Shown here one piece after another: positions 53,692-61,969 of a stretch of 64,000 nucleotides of DNA. Position 1 is the stretch's first letter; each line of letters opens with the position of its first letter. The notes beneath the pieces are model-generated. The model ran no database searches and was not told where the DNA came from. It worked only from the letters and a program-made list of their open reading frames with translations. This DNA is from an uncultured Thermoplasmatales archaeon (lineage in GTDB: Archaea; Thermoplasmatota; SW-10-69-26), in NCBI GenBank assembly GCA_964581775.1, contig CAZOQA010000002.1:21125-85124 (forward strand). The letters are read 5' to 3'. Position numbers and translations under genes: made by a program.

Positions 53692-54141
53692 TCAGGCGTC
53701 GTCGTGTTCGTCGTGGCGTAGCGCGTCCACGGCGGAGGCGATATCGTCGAAGCGGCGCAGATCGTCGGGGCCGACGAGCACGATCTCGTCCTGGATCGTG
53801 CCTTCTTGGCGCAGGCCCACGTGGAGCACGTGGTGTCGCTTGGTGGAGTAGGCGCGTTGCACGTACGCGGCGGGGCCCATCTGGCTGGTCACGCGGGAGC
53901 GGAGCCCGGGGGGGAGATCCTCGCTGAGGGCGCGTGAGGGGGCGCGGGTCCGGGCGAGCTCGTCGATGGCTTGGTGGATGCTTCGAAGGCTTTCTTGGGA
54001 GCGCTTCTCCCATCCGGTCTCTTTGTACACGGCGCCGGGTTTGGCGTCCTCGCCGAGCCGCTTTTGCTCCTCTTGGCTGAGTTTGCGTCGGCGGATGCGG
54101 GAGGGTGCGTCGTCGTTGTTTGCGTTCTCGGGGTCCGTCAT
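53692..54141 (-). CDS. Hypothetical protein with basic N-terminus (partner of the vWA gene)
   Basis: Real part of ORF 53692..54990 (MTDPENANNDDAPSRIRRRKLSQEEQKRLG..). The ATG overlaps the vWA stop as ATGA. Confidence 0.55.
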   Translation of the reverse strand: MTDPENANNDDAPSRIRRRKLSQEEQKRLGEDAKPGAVYKETGWEKRSQESLRSIHQAIDELARTRAPSRALSEDLPPGLRSRVTSQMGPAAYVQRAYSTKRHHVLHVGLRQEGTIQDEIVLVGPDDLRRFDDIASAVDALRHDEHDDA

Positions 54142-54980
54142 GGTGATCCTTCCACGGCTTCGATCACGACCTCGAACTCGTGCGGGTCGTCGTCTTGGAC
54201 GTTGAACCCGGCTTGCTCGGGCGGCGTCCACGTGGCGCGTGTCTGGGCGAGCTCCGCGAGCGCGTCGAAGACGGGTTCGGCGCGTTGCGCGACGAGCCCG
54301 CCGGTCCATCGGCAGGCTTCGCGCGTGGCTTCGCCGGCGTCGGGTGCGATCATGGAGAGCATGGTGCCCGCGCGCAGGAGGGGCCCGGCGGTGTCGAGGG
54401 GTTCCTCGATGCGGGGGTCCTCGTCCGTGATGACGACGATGGCTCGGGGCCCGGGCCCGGTGTCCTCGAGCAGCGTGAGGGCTTGGTGGAGCCCTTGGTC
54501 GAGGTCGAAGGTGCCTCGGGGTTCGATCTTGAGGATGGAGGCTCCGGAGACCTCGTCTGGGGCTCGAAGGGGCACGGCGTTGCGGGTGTCTCCGCCTTGC
54601 AGGATCAGCCCGGCCTCCTGCGTGAACGAGCGCCCGTTGAGGAGCAGCGCGTCCACGAGGGTGGCGGCTTCGCTGTACCGGGAGGGGGACCCTTTCCCCA
54701 TGGTGAGGGAGGCGTCCACGACGATCACGAGGCTTAGCGGGCCCTCGCGCGCGCCGGGGGGCACGTGCAGGGTGACCTCGGTCCCGGATTCGACCCGGCC
54801 GGGGTCGGGGTGGACATCCTCGACCAGCGCGTCCGGCCATCCGGGCAAACAGACGCGTTCGCCCTTGGAGACCGTGTACCCGACGAGGTGGCCTGCGAGC
54901 GTGGAACCGAGCCCTGGGGGGACCCGTTGCACGTCGCCGGGATCGAACAACAGCGAGACATGTTCGGCCCGCGGGGCCAT
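54138..54980 (-). CDS. von Willebrand factor type A (vWA) domain protein
   Basis: MIDAS-like LVIVVDASLTMG after an ~85-aa N-terminal beta-rich region. Later AIVVITDED. Confidence 0.7.
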   Translation of the reverse strand: MAPRAEHVSLLFDPGDVQRVPPGLGSTLAGHLVGYTVSKGERVCLPGWPDALVEDVHPDPGRVESGTEVTLHVPPGAREGPLSLVIVVDASLTMGKGSPSRYSEAATLVDALLLNGRSFTQEAGLILQGGDTRNAVPLRAPDEVSGASILKIEPRGTFDLDQGLHQALTLLEDTGPGPRAIVVITDEDPRIEEPLDTAGPLLRAGTMLSMIAPDAGEATREACRWTGGLVAQRAEPVFDALAELAQTRATWTPPEQAGFNVQDDDPHEFEVVIEAVEGSP

Positions 54981-55003
54981 CGTCGCCCAAGGGAGGTCTC
55001 TGG

Positions 55004-55010
55004 GTATAAG
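55004..55010 (-). promoter_or_regulatory. TATA-like box (minus strand CTTATAC) for the vWA gene pair
   Basis: First T is 29 nt upstream of the ATG at 54980. Confidence 0.35.
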
Positions 55011-55014
55011 CTTG

Positions 55015-55665
55015 TTACGGTGGTTCCTCCCTGGGTTCGGACCCCCCGGAGGGGGGCCCTTCGGGCGGCTTTCGCCGGGTGATCTCGACGCGGTGGAGCG
55101 TCTCGAAGCGCCCCACGTCTTCTCGCGTGACGGGGTCCCAGGTTAGCCCGTTCTCGTGGGCGCGCTCTTCGAGCTCGTCGAGGGGTTGCAGGCTGCTGGC
55201 GAGCATCACGGCGTGCCCCTCGGGGGCAAGAAGCTCCCCGATCTCGTCCAGGGCGCGTTTGGCGATCTGGGCTCCGTCCTTGCCGCCGTCGACGGCTCGC
55301 TCGCTCAAGGGGGCCTCGTCGGCGTCGGGGCGCGAGGGCAGGTAGGGCGGGTTCACGGTGATGACGTCGAAGGGCGCGTCCAGGCCCGCGGCCAGGTCCA
55401 TGCAGGCCACGTCCAGCCAGAGGTCGTTGCGCAGCGCGTTCTCGTGCGCGATCCGGCAGGCTTGCGGGTTCACGTCCGTGGCGACCGCGGCTCCGGCTTG
55501 TTGGGCCAGCACGAGCGCGGCGAGCCCGGTCCCGGTGCACATGTCCAGGCAGGCCATGCCGGGCTTGGCTTCCAGGCCATCGGCCAGGAGCACGCTGTCG
55601 GCGTTCGGTTCGTACACGGCTTCGTCCCACGCGATGGTCAACTCGAAGAGTTCTGTGCTAGGCAT
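55015..55665 (-). CDS. HemK-related N5-glutamine methyltransferase (Mtq2/PrmC-like)
   Basis: DMCTGTGLAA and the catalytic NPPY. Start placed at MPSTELFE (ATG 55665), overlapping the ksgA end by 8 nt. Confidence 0.75.
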   Translation of the reverse strand: MPSTELFELTIAWDEAVYEPNADSVLLADGLEAKPGMACLDMCTGTGLAALVLAQQAGAAVATDVNPQACRIAHENALRNDLWLDVACMDLAAGLDAPFDVITVNPPYLPSRPDADEAPLSERAVDGGKDGAQIAKRALDEIGELLAPEGHAVMLASSLQPLDELEERAHENGLTWDPVTREDVGRFETLHRVEITRRKPPEGPPSGGSEPREEPP

Positions 55666-56416
55666 GGTCGTCCTCCTGAGCGGCGTGCACGGCGTCGGCC
55701 AGCTCGATCCACTGGGGAAGCGTGAGCTTGGCCGGTCGCTGGGTCCCCAGGCCTTGGTCCTTGAGGACGCGGCGGGCGTGGGGGATGCCGCGAAGGGACG
55801 ATCGCAGCATCTTCCTTCTGTGCTGGAAGGCGGTGTCGATGAGACGGGCAAGGAGCGCTTCGTCTTGGACCGGGTCGCGGGGCTTGGGGACCAGGCGCAC
55901 CACGGCGCTGTCGACCTCGGGCGGGGGCGTGAAGGCGCCGGGGGGGATCGAGAAGAGCGTCTCGGCGTCGGCTTCGAGGGCGACCTTCACGGTCAACCGG
56001 GAGGCGTGCTTGGTGCCAAGCGGAGCGGCCAGCCGGTCGGCGAACTCCTGTTGCACCGTGATCACGGCGACGTCGAAGGTGTGCTCGATGAGCTGGAACA
56101 CGATGGGGGAGGAGGCTTGGTAGGGGAGGTTGGAGACGAGCTTGTCGAACGCGGGCCAGGGTTGCTCGAGCGCGTCGCCTCGGATCAGCGTCAACCGGTC
56201 GTCGGGGTCCTCGACGCGCGTGGGCAGCTTGTCGGCGAGGTGCTCGTCGATCTCGATCGCGGTCACGTTCGCGCCTGCGTCGATGAGGTGCTGGGTCAGG
56301 TGTCCGCGCCCGGGCCCGATCTCGAGCACGCGGTCCCCGACGGCGATGCGGGCGGCGTCCACGATGCGGGAGAGGTGGTTCGGGTCGGTCAAGAAGTGCT
56401 GCCCGAGGCGCGTCAT
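55658..56416 (-). CDS. ksgA: 16S rRNA (adenine1518/1519-N6)-dimethyltransferase KsgA/Dim1
   Basis: RLGQHFLTD, VLEIGPGRGHLT and SNLPYQ. Confidence 0.9.
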   Translation of the reverse strand: MTRLGQHFLTDPNHLSRIVDAARIAVGDRVLEIGPGRGHLTQHLIDAGANVTAIEIDEHLADKLPTRVEDPDDRLTLIRGDALEQPWPAFDKLVSNLPYQASSPIVFQLIEHTFDVAVITVQQEFADRLAAPLGTKHASRLTVKVALEADAETLFSIPPGAFTPPPEVDSAVVRLVPKPRDPVQDEALLARLIDTAFQHRRKMLRSSLRGIPHARRVLKDQGLGTQRPAKLTLPQWIELADAVHAAQEDDHA

Positions 56417-56445
56417 GGTTCGCCGTGGCCTTGCCCCTGGGCGCG

Positions 56446-57009
56446 TCAGCGTCGCTCGTCCCGGGGTCGGCGCGTGTACACGTGGTACTTCTCGTTCTCG
56501 TCGCGGATCTCCTTCTCGATCCGCTTCGCGATGATCTTGCTGGGCTTGTGCAGGCTGGGTACGCGCTCTTCGAGGTCCTCGAAGTCCTCGAAGGGCTCCT
56601 TGCGTCGCTCCTCGAGCACGGCTTTCATCAGCTTCTTGCCCAGGCCGGGGAGAAGCTCGAGCGAGTGCATGCGCGTGCTGATGGGCCCGCCCTCGTTGTA
56701 CACCTGCATGAAGCGGTCCGGGTCGTTCTCGACGATCTCTTCGAGCACGAAGGAGAGCTCGTTCTGCGCGTTGTGCGTCATCTCGTCGAGGCTCACGCGC
56801 CCGCGGACGCGGTCGATCTTGTCCCGCTTGTCCGAGTCCTTGCCCACGTACACGCGGTCGCCCACGAGCATGTTCGCCCCCTCCTGGGGGATCAGCTCGA
56901 ACAGGACGAAGTCGTCTTCTCCGACGGCGTACGCGACGGGGCCCCGGCGGTCTCTCTCGTCTGGACGACCGCTGGGCAAGTAGTCGAGGATGTATGCGTA
57001 CTCCTCCAT
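56446..57009 (-). CDS. DUF655 RNA-binding protein (COG1491)
   Basis: AYILDYLPSGRPDE N-terminus plus a C-terminal HhH-like LELLPGLGKKLM. It sits in the conserved position between rpoF and ksgA. Confidence 0.8.
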   Translation of the reverse strand: MEEYAYILDYLPSGRPDERDRRGPVAYAVGEDDFVLFELIPQEGANMLVGDRVYVGKDSDKRDKIDRVRGRVSLDEMTHNAQNELSFVLEEIVENDPDRFMQVYNEGGPISTRMHSLELLPGLGKKLMKAVLEERRKEPFEDFEDLEERVPSLHKPSKIIAKRIEKEIRDENEKYHVYTRRPRDERR

Positions 57010-57024
57010 GACCGGGCCCTCAGT

Positions 57025-57372
57025 TCAGCGGTAATCGTCCACGATGCTCATAATCGTGTCGGCATGCTCTTCCGTGAACTCTTGCCGGTCCTCGGAGAAG
57101 ATCGTCTCCAGCTCCTTCGGGGACAGGGGGAAGACGTCCGCGATCTTCACGGCTTGCTTGAGGGAGACCCGGTCGAGCTCGCTGAGCTCCTCGATCATCT
57201 CCTTGGCGTCCTCCGCGTTGCCCATGCGGTCGAACGCTTTCGCGTGCTCCAGGGAGAGCCGTTGCTCGTAGGAGAGCTCGCCTCGCTCGGCGCGTTCGCG
57301 CTCGATGAGGTGGTGGACCTCGGGAAGGCTTAGGATCTCCGCGTCGGCTAGCTCGTCAACCACGAGGCTCAC
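57025..57372 (-). CDS. rpoF: DNA-directed RNA polymerase subunit Rpo4 (RpoF)
   Basis: 115-aa acidic helical protein immediately downstream of rpl21e, overlapping it by 4 nt. This is the canonical archaeal gene order. Confidence 0.7.
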   Translation of the reverse strand: MSLVVDELADAEILSLPEVHHLIERERAERGELSYEQRLSLEHAKAFDRMGNAEDAKEMIEELSELDRVSLKQAVKIADVFPLSPKELETIFSEDRQEFTEEHADTIMSIVDDYR

Positions 57373-57659
57373 TCCTGCAGGATCAGGTGCTCGGGACGCA
57401 CGACGAGCGTCTTCGTCTTGCCCCCGTCCTTGAACCTCACCAGGAACGCGTCGCCTTGTTCCCCGGTGACGGTGCCGGTGACCCCGTTGAAGCGGGGGTG
57501 CGGCATCCCGCTGTGCACGGCGCTGTTGATGCGAACGCTCACGATGTCCCCCTCCACGAACTGGCGGAGGCTGTGCGTGACGGGCGGGTTGCCCTTATCT
57601 CGCGCGTCCTTCTTGAGGGACTTGCGCGTGCGGTTGCGGGAGCCTTTCGAGCGTTTCAT
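57369..57659 (-). CDS. rpl21e: 50S ribosomal protein L21e
   Basis: MKRSKGSRNRTRKSLKK..GDIVSVRINSAVHSGMPHPRFNGVTGTV is a typical L21e SH3-like core. Confidence 0.9.
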   Translation of the reverse strand: MKRSKGSRNRTRKSLKKDARDKGNPPVTHSLRQFVEGDIVSVRINSAVHSGMPHPRFNGVTGTVTGEQGDAFLVRFKDGGKTKTLVVRPEHLILQE

Positions 57660-57663
57660 GGGA

Positions 57664-58932
57664 TCACTCCGGGGGCGGGTGGGCGTGTTCGTCGTCGAGG
57701 CCGTCGGGGCCTTCCACGCGGACCACGTCCAAGGCCCGGCACGTGGCCGGGGTCCCGACCGCGTCGGCCAGGGAGGGCTCGGTGCGTCCCTCGTCCCCGC
57801 TTACAAGCTCTTTGACGTACAGGCCCGCGTCGCCCTCGATGAGCACGCGCGCGGAGCGCTCGTCGTCGCTTGCTGAGCGGAGGTGGCATCGGGCCACGGT
57901 CCGTCGTCGGACCTTGTCGGCTCGACGATGCGACACCCGGTGAGGTGTACGCTGAGCCACCTCGGTACCTTCGAGCATACGACAAGCCTTCTTAAGCGTT
58001 TCCGTGGGGACGGGATCGTCGAACGCGACGGTCGCTTCGTACGTTTTCCGGGAGCGCGCGTTCTTCACGGTGGCCACCGTGTCCTTCCCCACGAACCCGA
58101 GAGGGCCCACGTCGACGGCGGCCTCGCCGGCCTCGTTGATCCGCTCGCGCACCGCGTCCAGGTCGAGGCTTCGCTTGGTGGGCTGGGTCAGCTCGAGCAC
58201 GAAGGGACGGCCCGTGCCGAGCATGAGCGCGTCCACGTCCTCGCGACCGGACCCGTGGAACGTGGCCTCCTCTGCGAGCGCGGCCTGCTTGGCGGGCCCG
58301 GCCACGAGCTCCTCCACGCTCATCAGGTAGGTGCGTCCGCTGCCCTGGCAGGCGGTGCAGCCGGTGCCGCGGCAGCGGCGACAGGGCCACCGGGTTTGCG
58401 GGATCCCGCGAGCGTGTTTCCGGTAGCGGCCGTACACGAACAAGGGCTTGATGTCCAGGTCGACGTGGTGGAAGGTCGTGTCCAGGATCGCGGCCACGTC
58501 GGGGGCCTCGAGTTCCACCGTCCAGTCCTCGTGTCGAGTCTCCAGGCGCTTGCCGATCTCGCGGTTGAGCTCGGTCCCGATGGGTTCGGTCTCTTCGGCG
58601 CCGATGGCCTCGAAGAGGCCCTCCTCGCGGGCCTCGATGTCGGGGTCCACGCGCGTGCCCACCAGGAACGTCTCAAACTCGAGGCGCTCCAGGTCGTGCT
58701 CGACGGCCTCGTAGAGGGTCTCGATCTTGCCCATCAGGCCCTCGCACACGTAGCACGCCTCGGGCTCGTTGAGGGGTAGATCCCAGGCCTGGGCGAGCCG
58801 TTGGCCCCGCTCGTCGTTCCCGTAGCCGTGGTCGACGCGGGCGAAGCAGCGGCCCAGGCAGTGCTCGCACAGCTCGAAGGAGGCTGCGTGCTCGGCGGTG
58901 TCCTCGAGCAAGGGGTCGAGCAGGTCGCTCAC
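57664..58932 (-). CDS. pus10: tRNA pseudouridine(54/55) synthase Pus10
   Basis: Zn motifs CEHCLGRC and CYVCEG, a THUMP region and the catalytic block GSGREDVDALMLGTGRPFVLE. The track ORF extends to 59031. I prefer the in-frame GTG at 58932, which removes the overlap with the upstream protease gene. It also carries CRRCRGTGCTACQGSG. Confidence 0.8.
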   Translation of the reverse strand: MSDLLDPLLEDTAEHAASFELCEHCLGRCFARVDHGYGNDERGQRLAQAWDLPLNEPEACYVCEGLMGKIETLYEAVEHDLERLEFETFLVGTRVDPDIEAREEGLFEAIGAEETEPIGTELNREIGKRLETRHEDWTVELEAPDVAAILDTTFHHVDLDIKPLFVYGRYRKHARGIPQTRWPCRRCRGTGCTACQGSGRTYLMSVEELVAGPAKQAALAEEATFHGSGREDVDALMLGTGRPFVLELTQPTKRSLDLDAVRERINEAGEAAVDVGPLGFVGKDTVATVKNARSRKTYEATVAFDDPVPTETLKKACRMLEGTEVAQRTPHRVSHRRADKVRRRTVARCHLRSASDDERSARVLIEGDAGLYVKELVSGDEGRTEPSLADAVGTPATCRALDVVRVEGPDGLDDEHAHPPPE

Positions 58933-58994
58933 GCGTGGCCCCAGGAGGTCCGGGTACTTGGCCCCACCGCCCGGCCCTCTCGTGCGTACCGGTG

Positions 58995-59945
58995 TCAGGG
59001 GGCTGCGGGCGTGGGCGGCTCCGGCTCGCACAGGGTCCCGACGGGGTCGGGGGCTTCGATCGCGGAGACGTCGTCGCCTTCGACGAGCTCCAGGTCGAGC
59101 CCGGTGGCCCCCTCAAGCGCGTCCAGGGCGACGTCGAAGCGGGTGCCGCCGAGCTGCTCGGCGATGAACGCGCCCCCGATGGGATCGTTCGTGAGCTGCC
59201 GGCCCCAGGCGAGGATGCCAAGCGCTTCCCCGCTGTCTGTGAGCACGCCGCTTCCGCTGTCCCCGCCGCCGCCCGTCGTGTTGGCCCACCACGTCTGCGA
59301 CCCCCAGGAGACGGAGGGGCCATCGCGGCAGCGGTTCTGATGCTCTTGCCAGGTCACCCAGCCCCACCCGTAGTGGAAGACCCCCTCCGGCGCGTCGGTC
59401 GCGATGCCCGTGGGTCCGCCCCACCCGGGCATGCTCGGGTCCACGTCGTCGTGGTGGTCCTCGTCGATCTCGATGAGGGCCGCGTCGAGGTTCCACCCGG
59501 GCCAGTGCTCCACGACGGTGCCGAAGGGCTCCCACTGGCCGGCGGCGGCCACGAGCGTGCCCTCCATCACGGAGACGCGTTGCCCGACGTGGTCGGTGCA
59601 GTGCGCGGCCGTGGTCAGGTAGAGGCCTCCCGTCTGGTCTTCCACGACGAACGCGGCCGTGCAGTAGTGGCTGCCAGCCTGGATCCACGCGCCGGGACGG
59701 ATCCCGTCCGGGATGCTGGGCGCGGCGGTCTCCATGTAGGGGACCCAGTACCCGTGGCTGGTGGGAAGCGGGTCTGCCCCGTCCCCGAGAGCAAGCGTCG
59801 TGAGATCCTCGTTCGCGCTGGCGGCCTCGGGCGTCGCCTCGCCCATCGGATCGTCCAAGCCGGTGACCGTTGAAACGGCCAGGAATGCGATCAGAACCGC
59901 TAAGAACCCATATAGTGCCCCGCGTGGGGCGGCCCTCCCAAGCAT
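58995..59945 (-). CDS. Membrane-anchored chymotrypsin-fold serine protease (S1, alpha-lytic-like)
   Basis: TAAHC (His), NLDAALIE (Asp) and GGGDSGSGV (Ser). N-terminal anchor LYGFLAVLIAFLAV. This is the real part of ORF 58995..60404. Confidence 0.75.
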   Translation of the reverse strand: MLGRAAPRGALYGFLAVLIAFLAVSTVTGLDDPMGEATPEAASANEDLTTLALGDGADPLPTSHGYWVPYMETAAPSIPDGIRPGAWIQAGSHYCTAAFVVEDQTGGLYLTTAAHCTDHVGQRVSVMEGTLVAAAGQWEPFGTVVEHWPGWNLDAALIEIDEDHHDDVDPSMPGWGGPTGIATDAPEGVFHYGWGWVTWQEHQNRCRDGPSVSWGSQTWWANTTGGGGDSGSGVLTDSGEALGILAWGRQLTNDPIGGAFIAEQLGGTRFDVALDALEGATGLDLELVEGDDVSAIEAPDPVGTLCEPEPPTPAAP

Positions 59946-60014
59946 GCACCCTGGAACGTTCAAGGGGTTTTTCTCTCTTCCGGACGCGGCGAGGGGTTTC
60001 GCCGGGGGCAAGGT

Positions 60015-60020
60015 GTAAAC
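60015..60020 (+). promoter_or_regulatory. TATA-like box (GTAAAC) for acyP
   Basis: First T is 28 nt upstream of the ATG at 60044. Confidence 0.3.
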
Positions 60021-60043
60021 CGCGCCGAGCGGTTCCCCTCCTG

Positions 60044-60328
60044 ATGCCGACCAAGCACGTGTTCGTCTCCGGCAAGGTGCAGGGCGTCTACTTCCGAGCC
60101 ACGACGCAGAAGACCGCTCGCGAGCTCGGCGTCGACGGATGGGTCCGGAACCTGCCGGACGGTCGCGTCGAGGCAGCCTTCGAGGGCGACGAGGAGGCCC
60201 TGGACGCGATGATCGAGTACTGCCACGAGGGGCCCCAAGCGGCCCGCGTGGAGGACGTCGATGTCGAGGATGCGCCCGGTATGGGTCCGTTCGACGGGTT
60301 CGAGGTCGAACCCACGCCCTCCTCCTGA
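60044..60328 (+). CDS. acyP: Acylphosphatase
   Basis: VSGKVQGVYFRATT and GWVRNLPDGRVEA signatures. 94 aa. Confidence 0.85.
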   Translation: MPTKHVFVSGKVQGVYFRATTQKTARELGVDGWVRNLPDGRVEAAFEGDEEALDAMIEYCHEGPQAARVEDVDVEDAPGMGPFDGFEVEPTPSS

Positions 60329-60401
60329 CGCCCCCTTCGCCCCCGCGCTTCGTCGAGCCTCGATACCCCGTTTGATGCTCAAAGAACCCATCCAGACCCC
60401 T

Positions 60402-60407
60402 CATAAG
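60402..60407 (+). promoter_or_regulatory. TATA-like box (CATAAG) for the beta-helix gene
   Basis: First T is 28 nt upstream of the ATG at 60431. Confidence 0.3.
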
Positions 60408-60430
60408 GGGATGGCAGAACGTACCATGCG

Positions 60431-61969
60431 ATGCGTGGGAGAACCCTCGCCGCCACCGGCGCGTTGGCCCTGCTCGTGACCGTCGCCGCCCTCGGCATCG
60501 CCACGCTTGGAGCCCCCCTCGAGGAGGACCCCTCCACCCCGCAAGCCCCCCAAGCCCACGTCCAGGGCTCCGAGCCCGCGCACGAGCACGAGCACGATCA
60601 CGCGCACGGGCTCCAAACCGAACACGCGGTCGCCCACCAGCCCCGGCACGAGGAGCCCTTCCCCCATCGCGAGACCGAGGGCGACCTCCCCACGCGAGCC
60701 GAGGCCAGCGAGCTGCCCCACCAATACAAGCGCTTCATCGTCCACGGCGACGAAGGCCTCGACGAGATGCGCGCCGAGGACCGCATCAGCGGCCAAGGCA
60801 CGCCCGAGGACCCCTACGTGATCGACCGGTTCCGCGTCACCGAGCGCCTCGAGATCAAGGACACCACCAAGCCCCTCGTCATCGAGAACAGCTACATCGA
60901 AGGCCAGCTCGTGCTCAACTTCCTGGGCTCCGACGTCCACGTGCACCACAACCACATCGAAGACTTGCGCGTCAACGAAAACGTCGAACGCCACGAGCGC
61001 GCCACAAGCGGCCTCATCGAACACAACGAGATCCCGTACGTGGGCCAACTGCGGCACTTCTCCGGCACGTTCGCCTACAACGACGTCGGCCCCAAACCCG
61101 GCGACGTCATCCAAGAGTACCTCTCCGATGCAGGCCCCGCCATCCTCCCCGACCGCGTCACGTTCCTGCTCGACGGGTACCACCTCGCGCACGTGCACAA
61201 CAACACGATCGACGGCCACATGGAGGTCAAGCTGCACGGGCACTACCACGCCAGCTGCCAAGCCTGCCTGCCCCACGACCACGCCGACCCAGAAGGCTTC
61301 CCCGACGGCAACGAACCCCACGAGACCCTGGACCCGCGAAGCCACCACAGCGACCGACACCACACCATCGACCTCGAGAACAACACGTTCACCGCGGAGC
61401 ACGCCTCCACCGCGCTGCGCGTCCACGACACCGACCACGCCGCCGACGACCGCACCGCGAACAGCGAACCCAACGCGTACCTCGAAGACCGCCACCACCA
61501 CAGCCAGTACGTGCGCATCGCGCACAACACGATCCAGGGCGGCTCCACGCTCTTCGACGTCGTCAACGCCGACGACGAACGCCACCACAACATGACCCAA
61601 GACGCCACCATCCACCTCAACGCCAACCACGTCATGCTCGAGCAACCCCGCCGCATCCCCGGCATCGTGCCCGCGTACGAGATCCACACCGCCGAGCACG
61701 TCACGCTCGACGCTCGCCAGAACGCGTACACGTTCCAAGACCGGGAAGGCCCCCTCCCCGACGGGACCCGCTGGATCGTGGAAGGCGAACCCGCCGAAAC
61801 GACCGGGTTCCTGCTCGACCGGTTGAACGCCACGCACGCCTCCATCGAAGCCACCAACGGGGACGGCGCCGACTACGGCGTCACGCTCAGCCACGTCCCC
61901 GACACCAACCGCATCCAGCTCCTCGACAACGACTTCCAAGCCGACAAGGAGGACCGCCATGAACGCTGA
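60431..61969 (+). CDS. Secreted histidine-rich right-handed parallel beta-helix (PbH1/NosD-like) repeat protein
   Basis: Signal/anchor ALALLVTVAALGIA. Repeated x-N-x-I/F turns (HNHIEDL, EHNEI, VHNNTIDG, LENNTF, AHNTIQGG, LNANHV). His clusters HEHEHDHAHG and HGHYHASCQACLPHDH. Confidence 0.6.
   Translation: MRGRTLAATGALALLVTVAALGIATLGAPLEEDPSTPQAPQAHVQGSEPAHEHEHDHAHGLQTEHAVAHQPRHEEPFPHRETEGDLPTRAEASELPHQYKRFIVHGDEGLDEMRAEDRISGQGTPEDPYVIDRFRVTERLEIKDTTKPLVIENSYIEGQLVLNFLGSDVHVHHNHIEDLRVNENVERHERATSGLIEHNEIPYVGQLRHFSGTFAYNDVGPKPGDVIQEYLSDAGPAILPDRVTFLLDGYHLAHVHNNTIDGHMEVKLHGHYHASCQACLPHDHADPEGFPDGNEPHETLDPRSHHSDRHHTIDLENNTFTAEHASTALRVHDTDHAADDRTANSEPNAYLEDRHHHSQYVRIAHNTIQGGSTLFDVVNADDERHHNMTQDATIHLNANHVMLEQPRRIPGIVPAYEIHTAEHVTLDARQNAYTFQDREGPLPDGTRWIVEGEPAETTGFLLDRLNATHASIEATNGDGADYGVTLSHVPDTNRIQLLDNDFQADKEDRHER

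Noticed and set aside
58300-58400. DnaJ-like CxxCxGxGCxxCxGxG motif (CRRCRGTGCTACQGSG) in Pus10 as an unusual insertion.
   Set aside because: I cannot exclude from memory that this Zn-knuckle is a normal conserved feature of archaeal Pus10. Without an alignment it is not a defensible novelty claim.
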